A stretch of 57,024 nucleotides of DNA from a virus (Duplodnaviria; Caudoviricetes), in the IMG/VR virus record IMGVR_UViG_3300048074_000019, positions 1 through 57,024 of that record; one strand, given 5' to 3'. Made by a program: the position numbers and the translations under genes. The notes under the pieces are model-generated. The model was not told where the DNA came from, made no database searches, and saw only the letters and a program-made list of their open reading frames with translations. Positions 44,375 to 53,065 of the stretch are shown here, piece by piece; position 1 is the stretch's first letter, and the number at the start of each line of letters is the position of its first letter.

Positions 44375-44581
44375 TTATTTCCCGAACCGTTCGTGCAGAA
44401 GCTGGCGTGCGCGGTGGCGGTGCGTCTGGTAAACCCAGCCGACATCGGCGACGCCCCGCTTCCGTCGTCGCCATGCGGGCCGCCAGAACATCCAACGGGG
44501 CGTGCGCTGCCACGGCTCTATAGAGGTATTGGTATCTTGCGCTTCCGCGCGGCCAGTGTGAAATCGTTTGTACGCGGTCAT
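44375..44581 (-). CDS. PRWMFW-family small protein, copy 1
   Basis: WQRTPRWMFWRPAWRRR; ATGA overlap. Confidence 0.65.
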   Translation of the reverse strand: MTAYKRFHTGRAEAQDTNTSIEPWQRTPRWMFWRPAWRRRKRGVADVGWVYQTHRHRARQLLHERFGK

Positions 44582-45294
44582 CGTGCCCCCTTGCCGTGGA
44601 ACGGGCAGGACGTGACCGGGCAATACGAGCGGCAGAGGCGACCGGGCTTCGGCGGGTAGTTCATGTTCTTCGCCGCCTGCTCCATACCGTTGACGCGATC
44701 CAGCAGACCGATCCACTGGTCGGCCACCTCCTGCCGTGTGAACAATTCCGGGGTCTCGCAGTCATCCTTCAGCCAGATGAACGAACTGCGGACATACTTC
44801 AATGTCGGGAAGTGGCTGAACAGACACTGCGCCATCAGCATAAGCTGCACGCTGTCTTCCAGAATTTTGCCGGTCTTCCAGTCGACAACCAGCGCGATGT
44901 CCTTATCGATGCGCACGACGTCGCCGATGCCGCGGTACCAGACATCCGGGGCGAAGTAAGCAGTCTTCTCAAACTGCCTGTTGATCGCATATTTCTGCTC
45001 GACGAATAGCTCCCCTGCGCCGCGCCGCACCCGGTCCACCCAGTAGTCGTACTGTTTCATTTCCGCCGGCAGGGGGAGGTTGGTCTTGAGCGCATTGGCG
45101 AGCGCATCGTGAACCTCGTTGCCCCACGTCAGGGCTTCGCCGCCAGTATCCTGGAAATTCTTGGCGATGTCCACTTCGTACATGCGCTTCGGGCACACCT
45201 CGAAATTCTTGAGCTTGCTGTAGCTCCACGACCACGCCTTGGCAGCACGTGGGGCGGCGGAACGCGCGGGAGCCTGATGCGTTTCCAGTTTCAC
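44578..45294 (-). CDS. PD-(D/E)XK Cas4-like exonuclease
   Basis: WSYSKL..FEVCP, GNEVH, RGIGDV, DWKTGK, C..YCPV..C Fe-S ligands. Confidence 0.88.
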   Translation of the reverse strand: MKLETHQAPARSAAPRAAKAWSWSYSKLKNFEVCPKRMYEVDIAKNFQDTGGEALTWGNEVHDALANALKTNLPLPAEMKQYDYWVDRVRRGAGELFVEQKYAINRQFEKTAYFAPDVWYRGIGDVVRIDKDIALVVDWKTGKILEDSVQLMLMAQCLFSHFPTLKYVRSSFIWLKDDCETPELFTRQEVADQWIGLLDRVNGMEQAAKNMNYPPKPGRLCRSYCPVTSCPFHGKGAR

Positions 45295-45698
45295 TTCGTC
45301 GTCTCCAGCAGAGCGATCTTCGCCATCAGCGCATCCGAGGGATATAGCTGCGCTACGTCCTCAATGATCAGCGGCTCGCGATCGCGTGGTGCGACAAAGA
45401 CATATACCTTGTCACCGTAGGCGTGGGCGTGGATGTCGTAGGGGCGCTCATAAAGCGAGTGAAAATCCTTGATGTGCGCGCGATGCCAGCGCTGCCAAAA
45501 CGCGTCATCTAAACTCTGCGGTACCGACATCGCCTCCGGTGGGGGATGATCCGTATCTGGCATCACTTGGTCTTTGATGTCTGCGAAATTAATCACGACA
45601 CCAGCCTTCGCTAGGCGCTCGACGTCCCGCACCGTCAAGGTGTAGATCGGGTTGATCGGGGTGTGCCCCGGATAGCCGCCGCCCATCATACCAGCCAT
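45291..45698 (-). CDS. hypothetical protein, YP(S/T) motif family copy 3
   Basis: YPSDALMAKIALL; GAGG SD. Confidence 0.65.
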   Translation of the reverse strand: MAGMMGGGYPGHTPINPIYTLTVRDVERLAKAGVVINFADIKDQVMPDTDHPPPEAMSVPQSLDDAFWQRWHRAHIKDFHSLYERPYDIHAHAYGDKVYVFVAPRDREPLIIEDVAQLYPSDALMAKIALLETTK

Positions 45699-46081
45699 CC
45701 GTAATTCCTCTTGAATGCCGTGTTGCCTAGCCACGAGCACATCCGTACCCAGTATTTCGCATTCAGGGCCTCCGTCGCGACCTCTTCAGACATCGGAGGC
45801 TTCACGACGTTCTTCTCACTACGGCCGGCCTGACGTGCCAGTTGTATCCGCGCCACCAGTTCCGTCGTCGGGTACACCGCGCGCGGGCAAGAGAAGCTCT
45901 CGCCTTCAATCACCAGCGTTATCTTGTCCGCATTGTTGTTTATGACGACGGCGACATGCCCGGCGTCGATCAGTTGCAAAATGACCTCACCGCGGTCATG
46001 CCGTTCCTTCTCCCGCGCGATCCGAAACTCGTCGATCACGTCATCGTCGATCAGTAGGCGCATCGCTCTCTTGTTGGCCAT
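45686..46081 (-). CDS. hypothetical protein, YP(S/T) motif family copy 2
   Basis: YPTTELVARIQLA; TGATG coupling. Confidence 0.65.
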   Translation of the reverse strand: MANKRAMRLLIDDDVIDEFRIAREKERHDRGEVILQLIDAGHVAVVINNNADKITLVIEGESFSCPRAVYPTTELVARIQLARQAGRSEKNVVKPPMSEEVATEALNAKYWVRMCSWLGNTAFKRNYGWLV

Positions 46082-46482
46082 CACTGCATATCCGGCCGGT
46101 TCGCGTTCGCCTTTTTCAGCGCGGCGTTATAGGCCTTCGCTTCAGCACTGACGCGGTGGGTCTGGACAGGCGGCGCCACGCCGTCGTACCCAACAGTGGC
46201 ACTGACCGCCAGTTGAAGCGTCGCCATCACGAACTCGCTCGGGTAATCAGCTTCCCGGTCGTTCTGGCTCGCCACCTGCACGCCGTCGACGTAGAAGAGG
46301 TTCATCTGGCCCTCGCGCCTGTCGTAGAACGGGTGCCCGGGTAATGCCACCATCACTTTGACCTTCTTCGCATCGACCAAGCGCTGCAGGTCGCTGCGCC
46401 GTCGCGCTGCAGTGGCGATCTGTCGCCCTCGATCCATCTCTGCTGCCGTCCTCGCCGCGCAATCCAATTTTTCACTCCGCAT
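46081..46482 (-). CDS. hypothetical protein, YP(S/T) motif family copy 1
   Basis: YPSEFVMATLQLA. Confidence 0.65.
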   Translation of the reverse strand: MRSEKLDCAARTAAEMDRGRQIATAARRRSDLQRLVDAKKVKVMVALPGHPFYDRREGQMNLFYVDGVQVASQNDREADYPSEFVMATLQLAVSATVGYDGVAPPVQTHRVSAEAKAYNAALKKANANRPDMQ

Positions 46483-46542
46483 TTACGTTTGGGTGCCCGG
46501 ACCAGGCCCTCCCGGTCCGGGCGATTTACCGTCGCGGTAAAG

Positions 46543-46977
46543 TCAGGCGTCGTCCGACGACGCCCCACGAGGAGCCGGGAGCCCGTATGCGGCCTCCAGT
46601 TCCTCCTGAAGAAGCGCGAGCGCACGCCACGCAAGTTGCGCCGTGTGCCGAACGCCTTCAGGGTCGAGCGTGCCGCGCTCTTGGAGGTGGCGCATAGCGC
46701 AGTCAGCATGGTCCATGGACTTGCCGCGCGCCCAGTGCAGAGGTTCGCCCGGGTTGTGTTTCTGGTTGCCCAGATACGAGACGTGAGAGACCGCCGCGAG
46801 CGCGTCGGGGAAGTAGTCCATCAATCCGCTTGCCATCGGATAGGTCTTGCGCTCGCCGCTGGTGAGGATACCTAGCAAGCGGGTGGGGGCGTCGACCGCC
46901 GCCGGCGCCGGTTTCGACGGCGCGGCGATTTTAAAAGAACGCGCGCGTTGCTTGGACTTGGCGATCTTCCTACGCAT
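46543..46977 (-). CDS. dATP/dGTP diphosphohydrolase (DUF5664)
   Basis: YFPDALAAVS.VS..GN.KH, W..G, A.RHL, H.A.LAWRAL. Confidence 0.8.
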   Translation of the reverse strand: MRRKIAKSKQRARSFKIAAPSKPAPAAVDAPTRLLGILTSGERKTYPMASGLMDYFPDALAAVSHVSYLGNQKHNPGEPLHWARGKSMDHADCAMRHLQERGTLDPEGVRHTAQLAWRALALLQEELEAAYGLPAPRGASSDDA

Positions 46978-47416
46978 CGGCGATCTCCTGCAGGTCTTCC
47001 ATCACCCGACACACTTCTTCGGACAGATAGACGATCTCCATGCCCTCGGACTGCAGGGCAACCGCCGTGCGATGCTCCGCCTGTGCCCCATTGCTGCGTT
47101 CCCAGCCGGGAAGCAACATGATGCAGTTGGCAGAAGCACAGATGTACTGCAGGTCCTCGGCGAGAGCCGCGCGAAGGGAGAACCCATGCTCGGTCTTGGA
47201 TTTCTCCAAGCTGCCGGTGGTGTTACCCTTGGAGATATCGACACCGTTGTGGCGCTCGATATCCTTGTCGGCGGGATTGAACACTTCGTGGCCGCTGGCT
47301 CGAAGGGCTCGGGCGACCGCATTGAAGCGGGGGAAGTTGAACTCGGGGTACCCTTGCATCGGTCCCGCGAGGTAGATGCGCCGTGGCCCGGAAGCCTGCG
47401 CGTTCGTTGGGTTCAT
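46970..47416 (-). CDS. DUF4406 / nucleoside 2-deoxyribosyltransferase-like protein
   Basis: IYLAGPM.GYPEFNFP.F, VFNPA, LPGWERS.GA.AE. Confidence 0.85.
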   Translation of the reverse strand: MNPTNAQASGPRRIYLAGPMQGYPEFNFPRFNAVARALRASGHEVFNPADKDIERHNGVDISKGNTTGSLEKSKTEHGFSLRAALAEDLQYICASANCIMLLPGWERSNGAQAEHRTAVALQSEGMEIVYLSEEVCRVMEDLQEIADA

Positions 47417-49494
47417 TTCGCTTCTCCGTATGAAGCGCCTTGACCAAGCTCCGCATCGATCGGAGCATCCGGTGCCCATGACGGGCGGCGCGTCATTTCC
47501 TCTAAAATGATTTTCTTCGCGGCGTCAAGCTCCGATGTCTGCACGATGAACACAAGTTCGTCATGCGCCTGCAGCACGAAGCGATAATCCTGCGGGTTAA
47601 CCGTATGAAGCCCGCGGTCGCGGATGCGCAGTGCAGCGTTCATCACCACGATACGCGCGAGAGCCTGTACTATGTTCTCCAGGAGCTTGGCTCCATAGAG
47701 GCGATGCCAAAATTTACCGTAGCGGTAACGATACTCTTGGCGCCCGTCGGCGTCGATGCCGACGCGCGGATCAGCGTAGCGCAGGCTCAGCCCCGACGGA
47801 AGCAGCACGTTGCCGTAGGAGACGGTAACGGGGCCAAACTTCGCGGAGTGGCTGCCAGAGAGCCACGCGGTCGAGATAAGCTGGTTGAGGATGTTCCAGC
47901 CCCTAGGGATTTCGGCATAGCGACGGCGATAGGCGTCGACCGCCTTGTCGCCGATCTGGCGGTTGTACTTCTGCGAGATATCCAGCGCCATCGAGCGAGC
48001 GCTGCGGATCACCATCGTGTCGAAGTTATCCTTGCCACAGCCGTAGCCGAGACCCAGAATGCCCGTCTTGCCGATGAAGCCTTCGATCTCGAAGATCACG
48101 TTCCCCGCGGCGTCTTTCAGCTTGCGATTGATAGGCTGGCCGAAAATTTCGGAGGCGAGCAGGGAGTAGGGGTCCTGCTTGTTCGCGAACTCGTTCACGA
48201 GCTTGGTACAGCCGCAAATCCACGCGACCAGCCGGGCCTCGATCTGCGACAGGTCGCACGTCACGATGGTTTGATCAGGGCGGACGATCAAGCTCTTCCG
48301 CAGCTTGCTCTTCCCTTTGGAGCCGCGCACGGTCGGCATGTTCTGCATGTTCATCTGCCACTCGCCCGACAGGCGGTGGGTGTGCGCGCCGCCGTAGCGT
48401 AGCGGGATCGGCATGTAGGCCGGCGACGTGGGGAGTGCCAAGCCATGTGCTTGCGCGCTTAGGACTTGCCGCGCATGCCATTGCGACCAGTCGAGTTGCC
48501 CGATGCTCAGCAGGCGCTCACTCCGCGTCTCTTCCAGCGTGCTCTTCAAGCCGATGCGAGCAGCAGCCATCGCCGCCACTACCGGATCGGCGTGATCCTG
48601 CAGTAGCTCCATGAACTCGTCGGTCTTGGCGAACGCCGGTGTTTCCTTGCCAGTGGTCGGGGAGACCTTCATTTCCACTTCGACGCCACGCGCCTCCAGC
48701 GCTGATTTGAATTTCGGCGTCGACATGATGATCTTGGGATCGATATTCTCCGCATCCACAAGTAGCTGCGCCTTCGCCGCCTTGACGTCGACGAGGTGAT
48801 GCTGCAGCAGGGCATTGTCGACCAGGAAGCGGGGCTCGACGCAACAGCGTAGGACCATGTCCATCAGCCGGCGCTCAGCCCACGGGAACTGCGGATACAG
48901 CCGCAGGAAGATTTGCTCGCACAGGTAATTGTCCTGCAGGGCGTAGGTACAGAACGAGGGCCACAGCCCTTCGGCCATGATCTCCGCTCGCCGCTTGCCC
49001 TTCATGTTCTGGAGAGCCGTGCCCTTCGAACCGAGGTGCAGGAAGTCGGCGATCGAGCGCAGGGAGAAGCTGGTTAGCTCATGCCCCAGCAGCGCACGCG
49101 CCATCCCCATCACGTCGATCATGGTGTGCGGCACGTAGCCGTAGCGCCATGCGATGATCGACATATCGAAGAGGGAGTTGAATGAGACCATCGTCGTGGT
49201 GGCCGGATCATACTGCCGTAGCCACTCTTCGAAGTCGGGACCATCGACGATGAAATGGTCCTCGTTTTTGTTCGGGTTGAATTTGTCGTTGATGATCGCC
49301 CTAGCCTGCGCCCCGGCCATGCCGCCCGCCTCCGGGCTGATGTCCATCACCTTGACAGCCATCATCTGCAACTCGAACCGTGGGTCCAAGATGTAGTTCG
49401 GCGTCGCCATCTTCCTCAACGAGTAATCCCCATCGAAATAGGTTTCCGCGTCGAGGAAGATCAGATGTTTTTTGCGGGGAGGCGCTGGGAGCAT
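47413..49494 (-). CDS. family A DNA polymerase with 3'-5' exonuclease
   Basis: Exo DAETY / FN..FD / YALQD; motif A DLSQIEAR; motif B K..ILGLGYG; motif C HDE. Confidence 0.93.
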   Translation of the reverse strand: MLPAPPRKKHLIFLDAETYFDGDYSLRKMATPNYILDPRFELQMMAVKVMDISPEAGGMAGAQARAIINDKFNPNKNEDHFIVDGPDFEEWLRQYDPATTTMVSFNSLFDMSIIAWRYGYVPHTMIDVMGMARALLGHELTSFSLRSIADFLHLGSKGTALQNMKGKRRAEIMAEGLWPSFCTYALQDNYLCEQIFLRLYPQFPWAERRLMDMVLRCCVEPRFLVDNALLQHHLVDVKAAKAQLLVDAENIDPKIIMSTPKFKSALEARGVEVEMKVSPTTGKETPAFAKTDEFMELLQDHADPVVAAMAAARIGLKSTLEETRSERLLSIGQLDWSQWHARQVLSAQAHGLALPTSPAYMPIPLRYGGAHTHRLSGEWQMNMQNMPTVRGSKGKSKLRKSLIVRPDQTIVTCDLSQIEARLVAWICGCTKLVNEFANKQDPYSLLASEIFGQPINRKLKDAAGNVIFEIEGFIGKTGILGLGYGCGKDNFDTMVIRSARSMALDISQKYNRQIGDKAVDAYRRRYAEIPRGWNILNQLISTAWLSGSHSAKFGPVTVSYGNVLLPSGLSLRYADPRVGIDADGRQEYRYRYGKFWHRLYGAKLLENIVQALARIVVMNAALRIRDRGLHTVNPQDYRFVLQAHDELVFIVQTSELDAAKKIILEEMTRRPSWAPDAPIDAELGQGASYGEAK

Positions 49495-49501
49495 GCGACC
49501 T

Positions 49502-50227
49502 TTAGATGTTGTAGGTGATGAGGTCCGTTGTGTACTGGCTGTTGAGGGTCAGATGAACACTCCGCGGGGCAAATGTCAACCACATCAGAGCGCGGACTTT
49601 CGGTTTCGCATCGCTCGGCAGGAGCAATGACCCAGCCACCGTAGTCGCGGCATCCTTAAGCGGCTGTATCCAGTCCCCCAGATATTCAGGGTTGGTGAAG
49701 CGCTGCGGAACACCCTGCAACTCCCGCCAGACCGGCGCGTCTTTACAGAGCTTCATTGCCGTTGGCCAGTAGTACCGGATCGCGCCGGGAGTGGCGTTAC
49801 GGTTCAGCCACTTCAGCACAGCCTTAGCCTCCTCGAAGCGGTCATGCACTGCGCGCACCTCCCGGATGTACCGATAGAGGGGTTCGATACGATCGTCTTG
49901 CAGAAACAGGATGCTTGGCTCGATCGCCGGCCAGCGTGCACCCGCGAAGTCAATAAAGAGTGTGACGTCACTACCTACCGGATAACCCTTGATGTCGCTG
50001 TTCGTCTTTACCATGCCGCGCACGGCGGCCAGCTTGTCCAGGTCGTCGTCCCGGAAGAGCATGTGTAGCGTACTAGCTCGCTTGCACTCATAGGCGCACT
50101 GCAGGGCGACGGTCTGCGCTGCAGTATGGTTCAACGCCGTAATCGCGCTCTCGACATAGCCATCGCCGATGCTCTGGCGCTCGCCCATCCGCGGTGCCGA
50201 GAGATTTCGGTAGCTTCGTCTAGCCAT
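49502..50227 (-). CDS. hypothetical protein
   Basis: GGAGGT SD before ATG 50227. Confidence 0.7.
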   Translation of the reverse strand: MARRSYRNLSAPRMGERQSIGDGYVESAITALNHTAAQTVALQCAYECKRASTLHMLFRDDDLDKLAAVRGMVKTNSDIKGYPVGSDVTLFIDFAGARWPAIEPSILFLQDDRIEPLYRYIREVRAVHDRFEEAKAVLKWLNRNATPGAIRYYWPTAMKLCKDAPVWRELQGVPQRFTNPEYLGDWIQPLKDAATTVAGSLLLPSDAKPKVRALMWLTFAPRSVHLTLNSQYTTDLITYNI

Positions 50228-50266
50228 AGGATCACCTCCATTTGTATTGACGTGATAAAACTTTAC

Positions 50267-50291
50267 CCCCACAACTCCGTGAGTTGTGGGG
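50267..50291. other. perfect 11-bp hairpin (terminator or processing site)
   Basis: CCCCACAACTC-cgt-GAGTTGTGGGG, intergenic. Confidence 0.6.
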
Positions 50292-50305
50292 CGACCCGGG
50301 CGGGC

Positions 50306-50614
50306 TCACTTACCGCCGCGGTAAACGGAAACTTTATCCGGCGCGCCCAGTATGCTGGTCGTGATCCGGCGCCCAGTATGCTGGTCGTGGGCCCGCAACA
50401 CGCAGACCCCATAGTCCAGCCAGCTTCGCCGCCAGTCGACGAGCAGCCGACCGGTCCGCCTGATATAGAACTCATTGGTCAGCGTACCCGGCTGCTCGTA
50501 TAAAGCCGGGTACGACACCATCTGCCTCGCCTGGTTCAGCTTTTTTGAGGCCCGGCTTATCTGATCACAGATGCACTGGCGCTCAACTAACTCGTCCTGC
50601 TCCTGCGGCGTCAT
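50306..50614 (-). CDS. hypothetical protein
   Basis: TAATG coupling with the vWA gene. Confidence 0.55.
   Translation of the reverse strand: MTPQEQDELVERQCICDQISRASKKLNQARQMVSYPALYEQPGTLTNEFYIRRTGRLLVDWRRSWLDYGVCVLRAHDQHTGRRITTSILGAPDKVSVYRGGK
50336..50389. repeat. tandem duplication (28 + 26 nt)
   Basis: ATCCGGCG(CG)CCCAGTATGCTGGTCGTG twice. Confidence 0.9.
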
Positions 50615-51948
50615 TACGGATTGATCCGCACCACGTCGCCGAACGGCGCCTCCACGCTGGTCGTCATCGCCCAGATGCACAGGTAGGAAGGCTCCTGCTC
50701 GGGGAAGTCGACGTAGCCGTCAGTGAAGCCGATGAACACCTCGGGCTGCTCCGTGTGCTCCGCGATCCACTCGAACACGGGGTGGCAGTCCGTACCACCA
50801 CCGCCCGGGGCACCGTCGTACTTGATCTGCTGCAGGTCCGCCGGCTCAGCGATCTCGTCGATGCGCTGGATGCGGGCGTCACACCACACCACCGTGAGGC
50901 GCTGCGGCCGGCAGTCCTCGACGATCGAGCCGAGTTCCGACAGGTACCGGCACAATTCGTCCTGCCCGATCGAGCCCGACGTGTCACCCCAGCACACCAC
51001 CCACCCTGCACCGTTACCGGAGCGGGACGGCATGTGGATGTCCTGCACGATGAACCGCCGGTCCGGCTTGCGCCAGTTGTAGCTGCCACTGCCCACCTTG
51101 CGGTTGAAGATACCGCGGATGTGCTCGGTCCAGGGCACGACGGGGTTGAGCAGTTCTTCGAACATGCGCTGCAGTGCGCCTGGCATCTTGCCCTGCGACT
51201 TCATGCTCTCCAGCACCTGCGCTGCCGCAACCTCGACACCCCACTGCTGCTGGTTGCGCGGCTGCGAGCCAGAACCATTGCTGCTGCCCGGCGCCAGCAC
51301 GTAGTCGAACCCGGGAGCGCCAGTCTTGCCACCGCCGCTCTCTTCATCGTCGTAGACCTTGCGGTAGACGTCGACCACGCTCTCATTGGCCGTCGCGATC
51401 GTGTCGTCGAGCAGACAATCCTTCGGCGGCTTGCCGATGCGGCTATCGCGCAGCAGGGCATTGATACGGAAGTCCATCGCCTTCTGCATCGTGCCGTTGC
51501 GGAACGGGAGCGTGCTGCCGTCGCTCATGGGGACCGTGTCGGTCCGCCGGCAGTGGTTCAGGAACTCGACGTCGCCGTAGACGTTGTGCACAATCTCGTG
51601 CCCCATGATGAACACGCGCTCATTCAAGTCGTACTTGAAGAACGTCTCCGGGTTGATCAGGATGTTGCGGGCATCCGTCGCTGCGACCGGCACCTTGTGC
51701 GTAGGCACGGCACCGTGGCTGCCGTTGTTGTTAGACAGCAGCTTGTAGAACAGATGCCGGAACCCGGGGCACGTCCACGCCATGAGCGACATGGTGTCCT
51801 GCCACTGGTTCACCTGCTGCGGTGTGAGCTTGAGGCTCTCCGCCTCCAGTTCCGCCGGGGTGAGTTCGGGCGGCATGTTCGGCGGAGAGCCAGTTGAGGT
51901 AGTCGACACGGGAGGCGACGACATACCTGCGTTTTGCGTTGTAGCCAT
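50614..51948 (-). CDS. DUF2201-type metallopeptidase (HExxH) + vWA domain protein
   Basis: AATD, HEIVH, AMDFRIN, DTSGS MIDAS, GGGGTD, FTDG; GAGGAG SD. Confidence 0.88.
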   Translation of the reverse strand: MATTQNAGMSSPPVSTTSTGSPPNMPPELTPAELEAESLKLTPQQVNQWQDTMSLMAWTCPGFRHLFYKLLSNNNGSHGAVPTHKVPVAATDARNILINPETFFKYDLNERVFIMGHEIVHNVYGDVEFLNHCRRTDTVPMSDGSTLPFRNGTMQKAMDFRINALLRDSRIGKPPKDCLLDDTIATANESVVDVYRKVYDDEESGGGKTGAPGFDYVLAPGSSNGSGSQPRNQQQWGVEVAAAQVLESMKSQGKMPGALQRMFEELLNPVVPWTEHIRGIFNRKVGSGSYNWRKPDRRFIVQDIHMPSRSGNGAGWVVCWGDTSGSIGQDELCRYLSELGSIVEDCRPQRLTVVWCDARIQRIDEIAEPADLQQIKYDGAPGGGGTDCHPVFEWIAEHTEQPEVFIGFTDGYVDFPEQEPSYLCIWAMTTSVEAPFGDVVRINP

Positions 51949-52128
51949 ATAGCTTGCTCCTCTCTTCGTTAAAATACTGCAGGCGTGCTTGTTTCCAAGC
52001 ATGCCACTGCATCCAGGTTCTGTAGCTGGCGCCCACCGGTTCGTGCCGTTGGCAAAACGCAATGTAGCGCTCCTTCGCCGCACCGATACGATGCGACCAC
52101 CATCTGGCATCTTGGACCGTGACCCCGA

Positions 52129-52497
52129 TCAAAGTGCACCGTCCTCCGGGTTGATGTTCTGACCGACGCGAGAGATCATAGCATACGCTCGCTTGGCGTC
52201 CATCACGCAGAGCCACTGGTCCTCGACGTGCTCGCTGGCGGTCGTCCGGAACAGGTGAGCCCGGGCGACCATGTAGCGCTCGGCGAAGCTGCGGAACCGC
52301 GCGTCACTGGGGGCGGCTCGCGTCCCCTGCTGCGGCTGGCCGATGTTGGGATTGAACGTCCCAGCTTGGCCCATGCCGCCGCCGGCCGCGCCGCCGTAGC
52401 TGCTGGGGTTGCTAGCACCGCCACCACTGAGGCCAGCCGATCCGCCAACGGCGACCGGGATAACCTGCGCGATCCCTATGTTGGCTTTAGCTGCCAT
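52129..52497 (-). CDS. hypothetical protein with Gly-rich N-terminus
   Basis: Overlaps the upstream stop; globular C-terminal half. Confidence 0.6.
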   Translation of the reverse strand: MAAKANIGIAQVIPVAVGGSAGLSGGGASNPSSYGGAAGGGMGQAGTFNPNIGQPQQGTRAAPSDARFRSFAERYMVARAHLFRTTASEHVEDQWLCVMDAKRAYAMISRVGQNINPEDGAL

Positions 52498-52780
52498 TGA
52501 CTGCCGCCGCCAGTTCGCTGGACACCGCCTCGCTGCCGCTCTCTTCGCCAACGGCGTCGAGACCCTGCTGGATGGTATCGTCCAACAGCTTGATCTCCTC
52601 GTGGCCAGTGAAGAAGTCGTCGCTGTAGATAGCGATCTGTGTCGACTTCGGGTTGTCGCTGATCAACTGCGCCGTGGCGTAGGCATGCCGGGCGGCCTGC
52701 TGCAGCACTTGCTTCATCGGGCCGAGCTTGTCCGCGTCCGCGAAGTCGACGCGAAGCTCGATGGTGAACTGTCTCTGCAT
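52487..52780 (-). CDS. hypothetical protein (frame open up to 52957)
   Basis: GAGGAG SD before MQRQFTIELRVDF. Confidence 0.7.
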   Translation of the reverse strand: MQRQFTIELRVDFADADKLGPMKQVLQQAARHAYATAQLISDNPKSTQIAIYSDDFFTGHEEIKLLDDTIQQGLDAVGEESGSEAVSSELAAAVNGS

Positions 52781-53065
52781 GTGTGCTCCTCTCGTTATCG
52801 TATCCAAGCGGTATAACTTCAGCACCGCTATGCTGCCTGACTTCCACTCAATCAGCCTATTGAACTGATCATCGGAGCCGGTGAATGATGCCACATCTTT
52901 ATACGTCATGGCGCCCGACTTGATGGCGGCGGCATGTGAGCGCGTGAGTGGCAGCATTCATTGGCACCTTGTTACCGTGGCGGTAAGCGCTCTCTCCCGC
53001 TCCCCCATCCGGCTGCGTGCCGATCAGGCCAGCCATCACCGGGGAGGGGAGAGACGCTTGCGTTG

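Noticed and set aside
44578-45294. Cas4-like nuclease as evidence of a CRISPR system
   Set aside because: No repeat-spacer array or other cas genes; stand-alone PD-(D/E)XK nucleases are routine in phage replication modules
46543-49494. 2-aminoadenine (Z) genome
   Set aside because: No PurZ/adenylosuccinate-synthetase-like ORF in the window; DUF5664 alone is insufficient
51731-52132. Possible TTG-start gene overlapping the vWA gene start
   Set aside because: TTGA coupling is suggestive, but it overlaps the vWA gene by over 200 nt and has no recognisable motif; left uncalled
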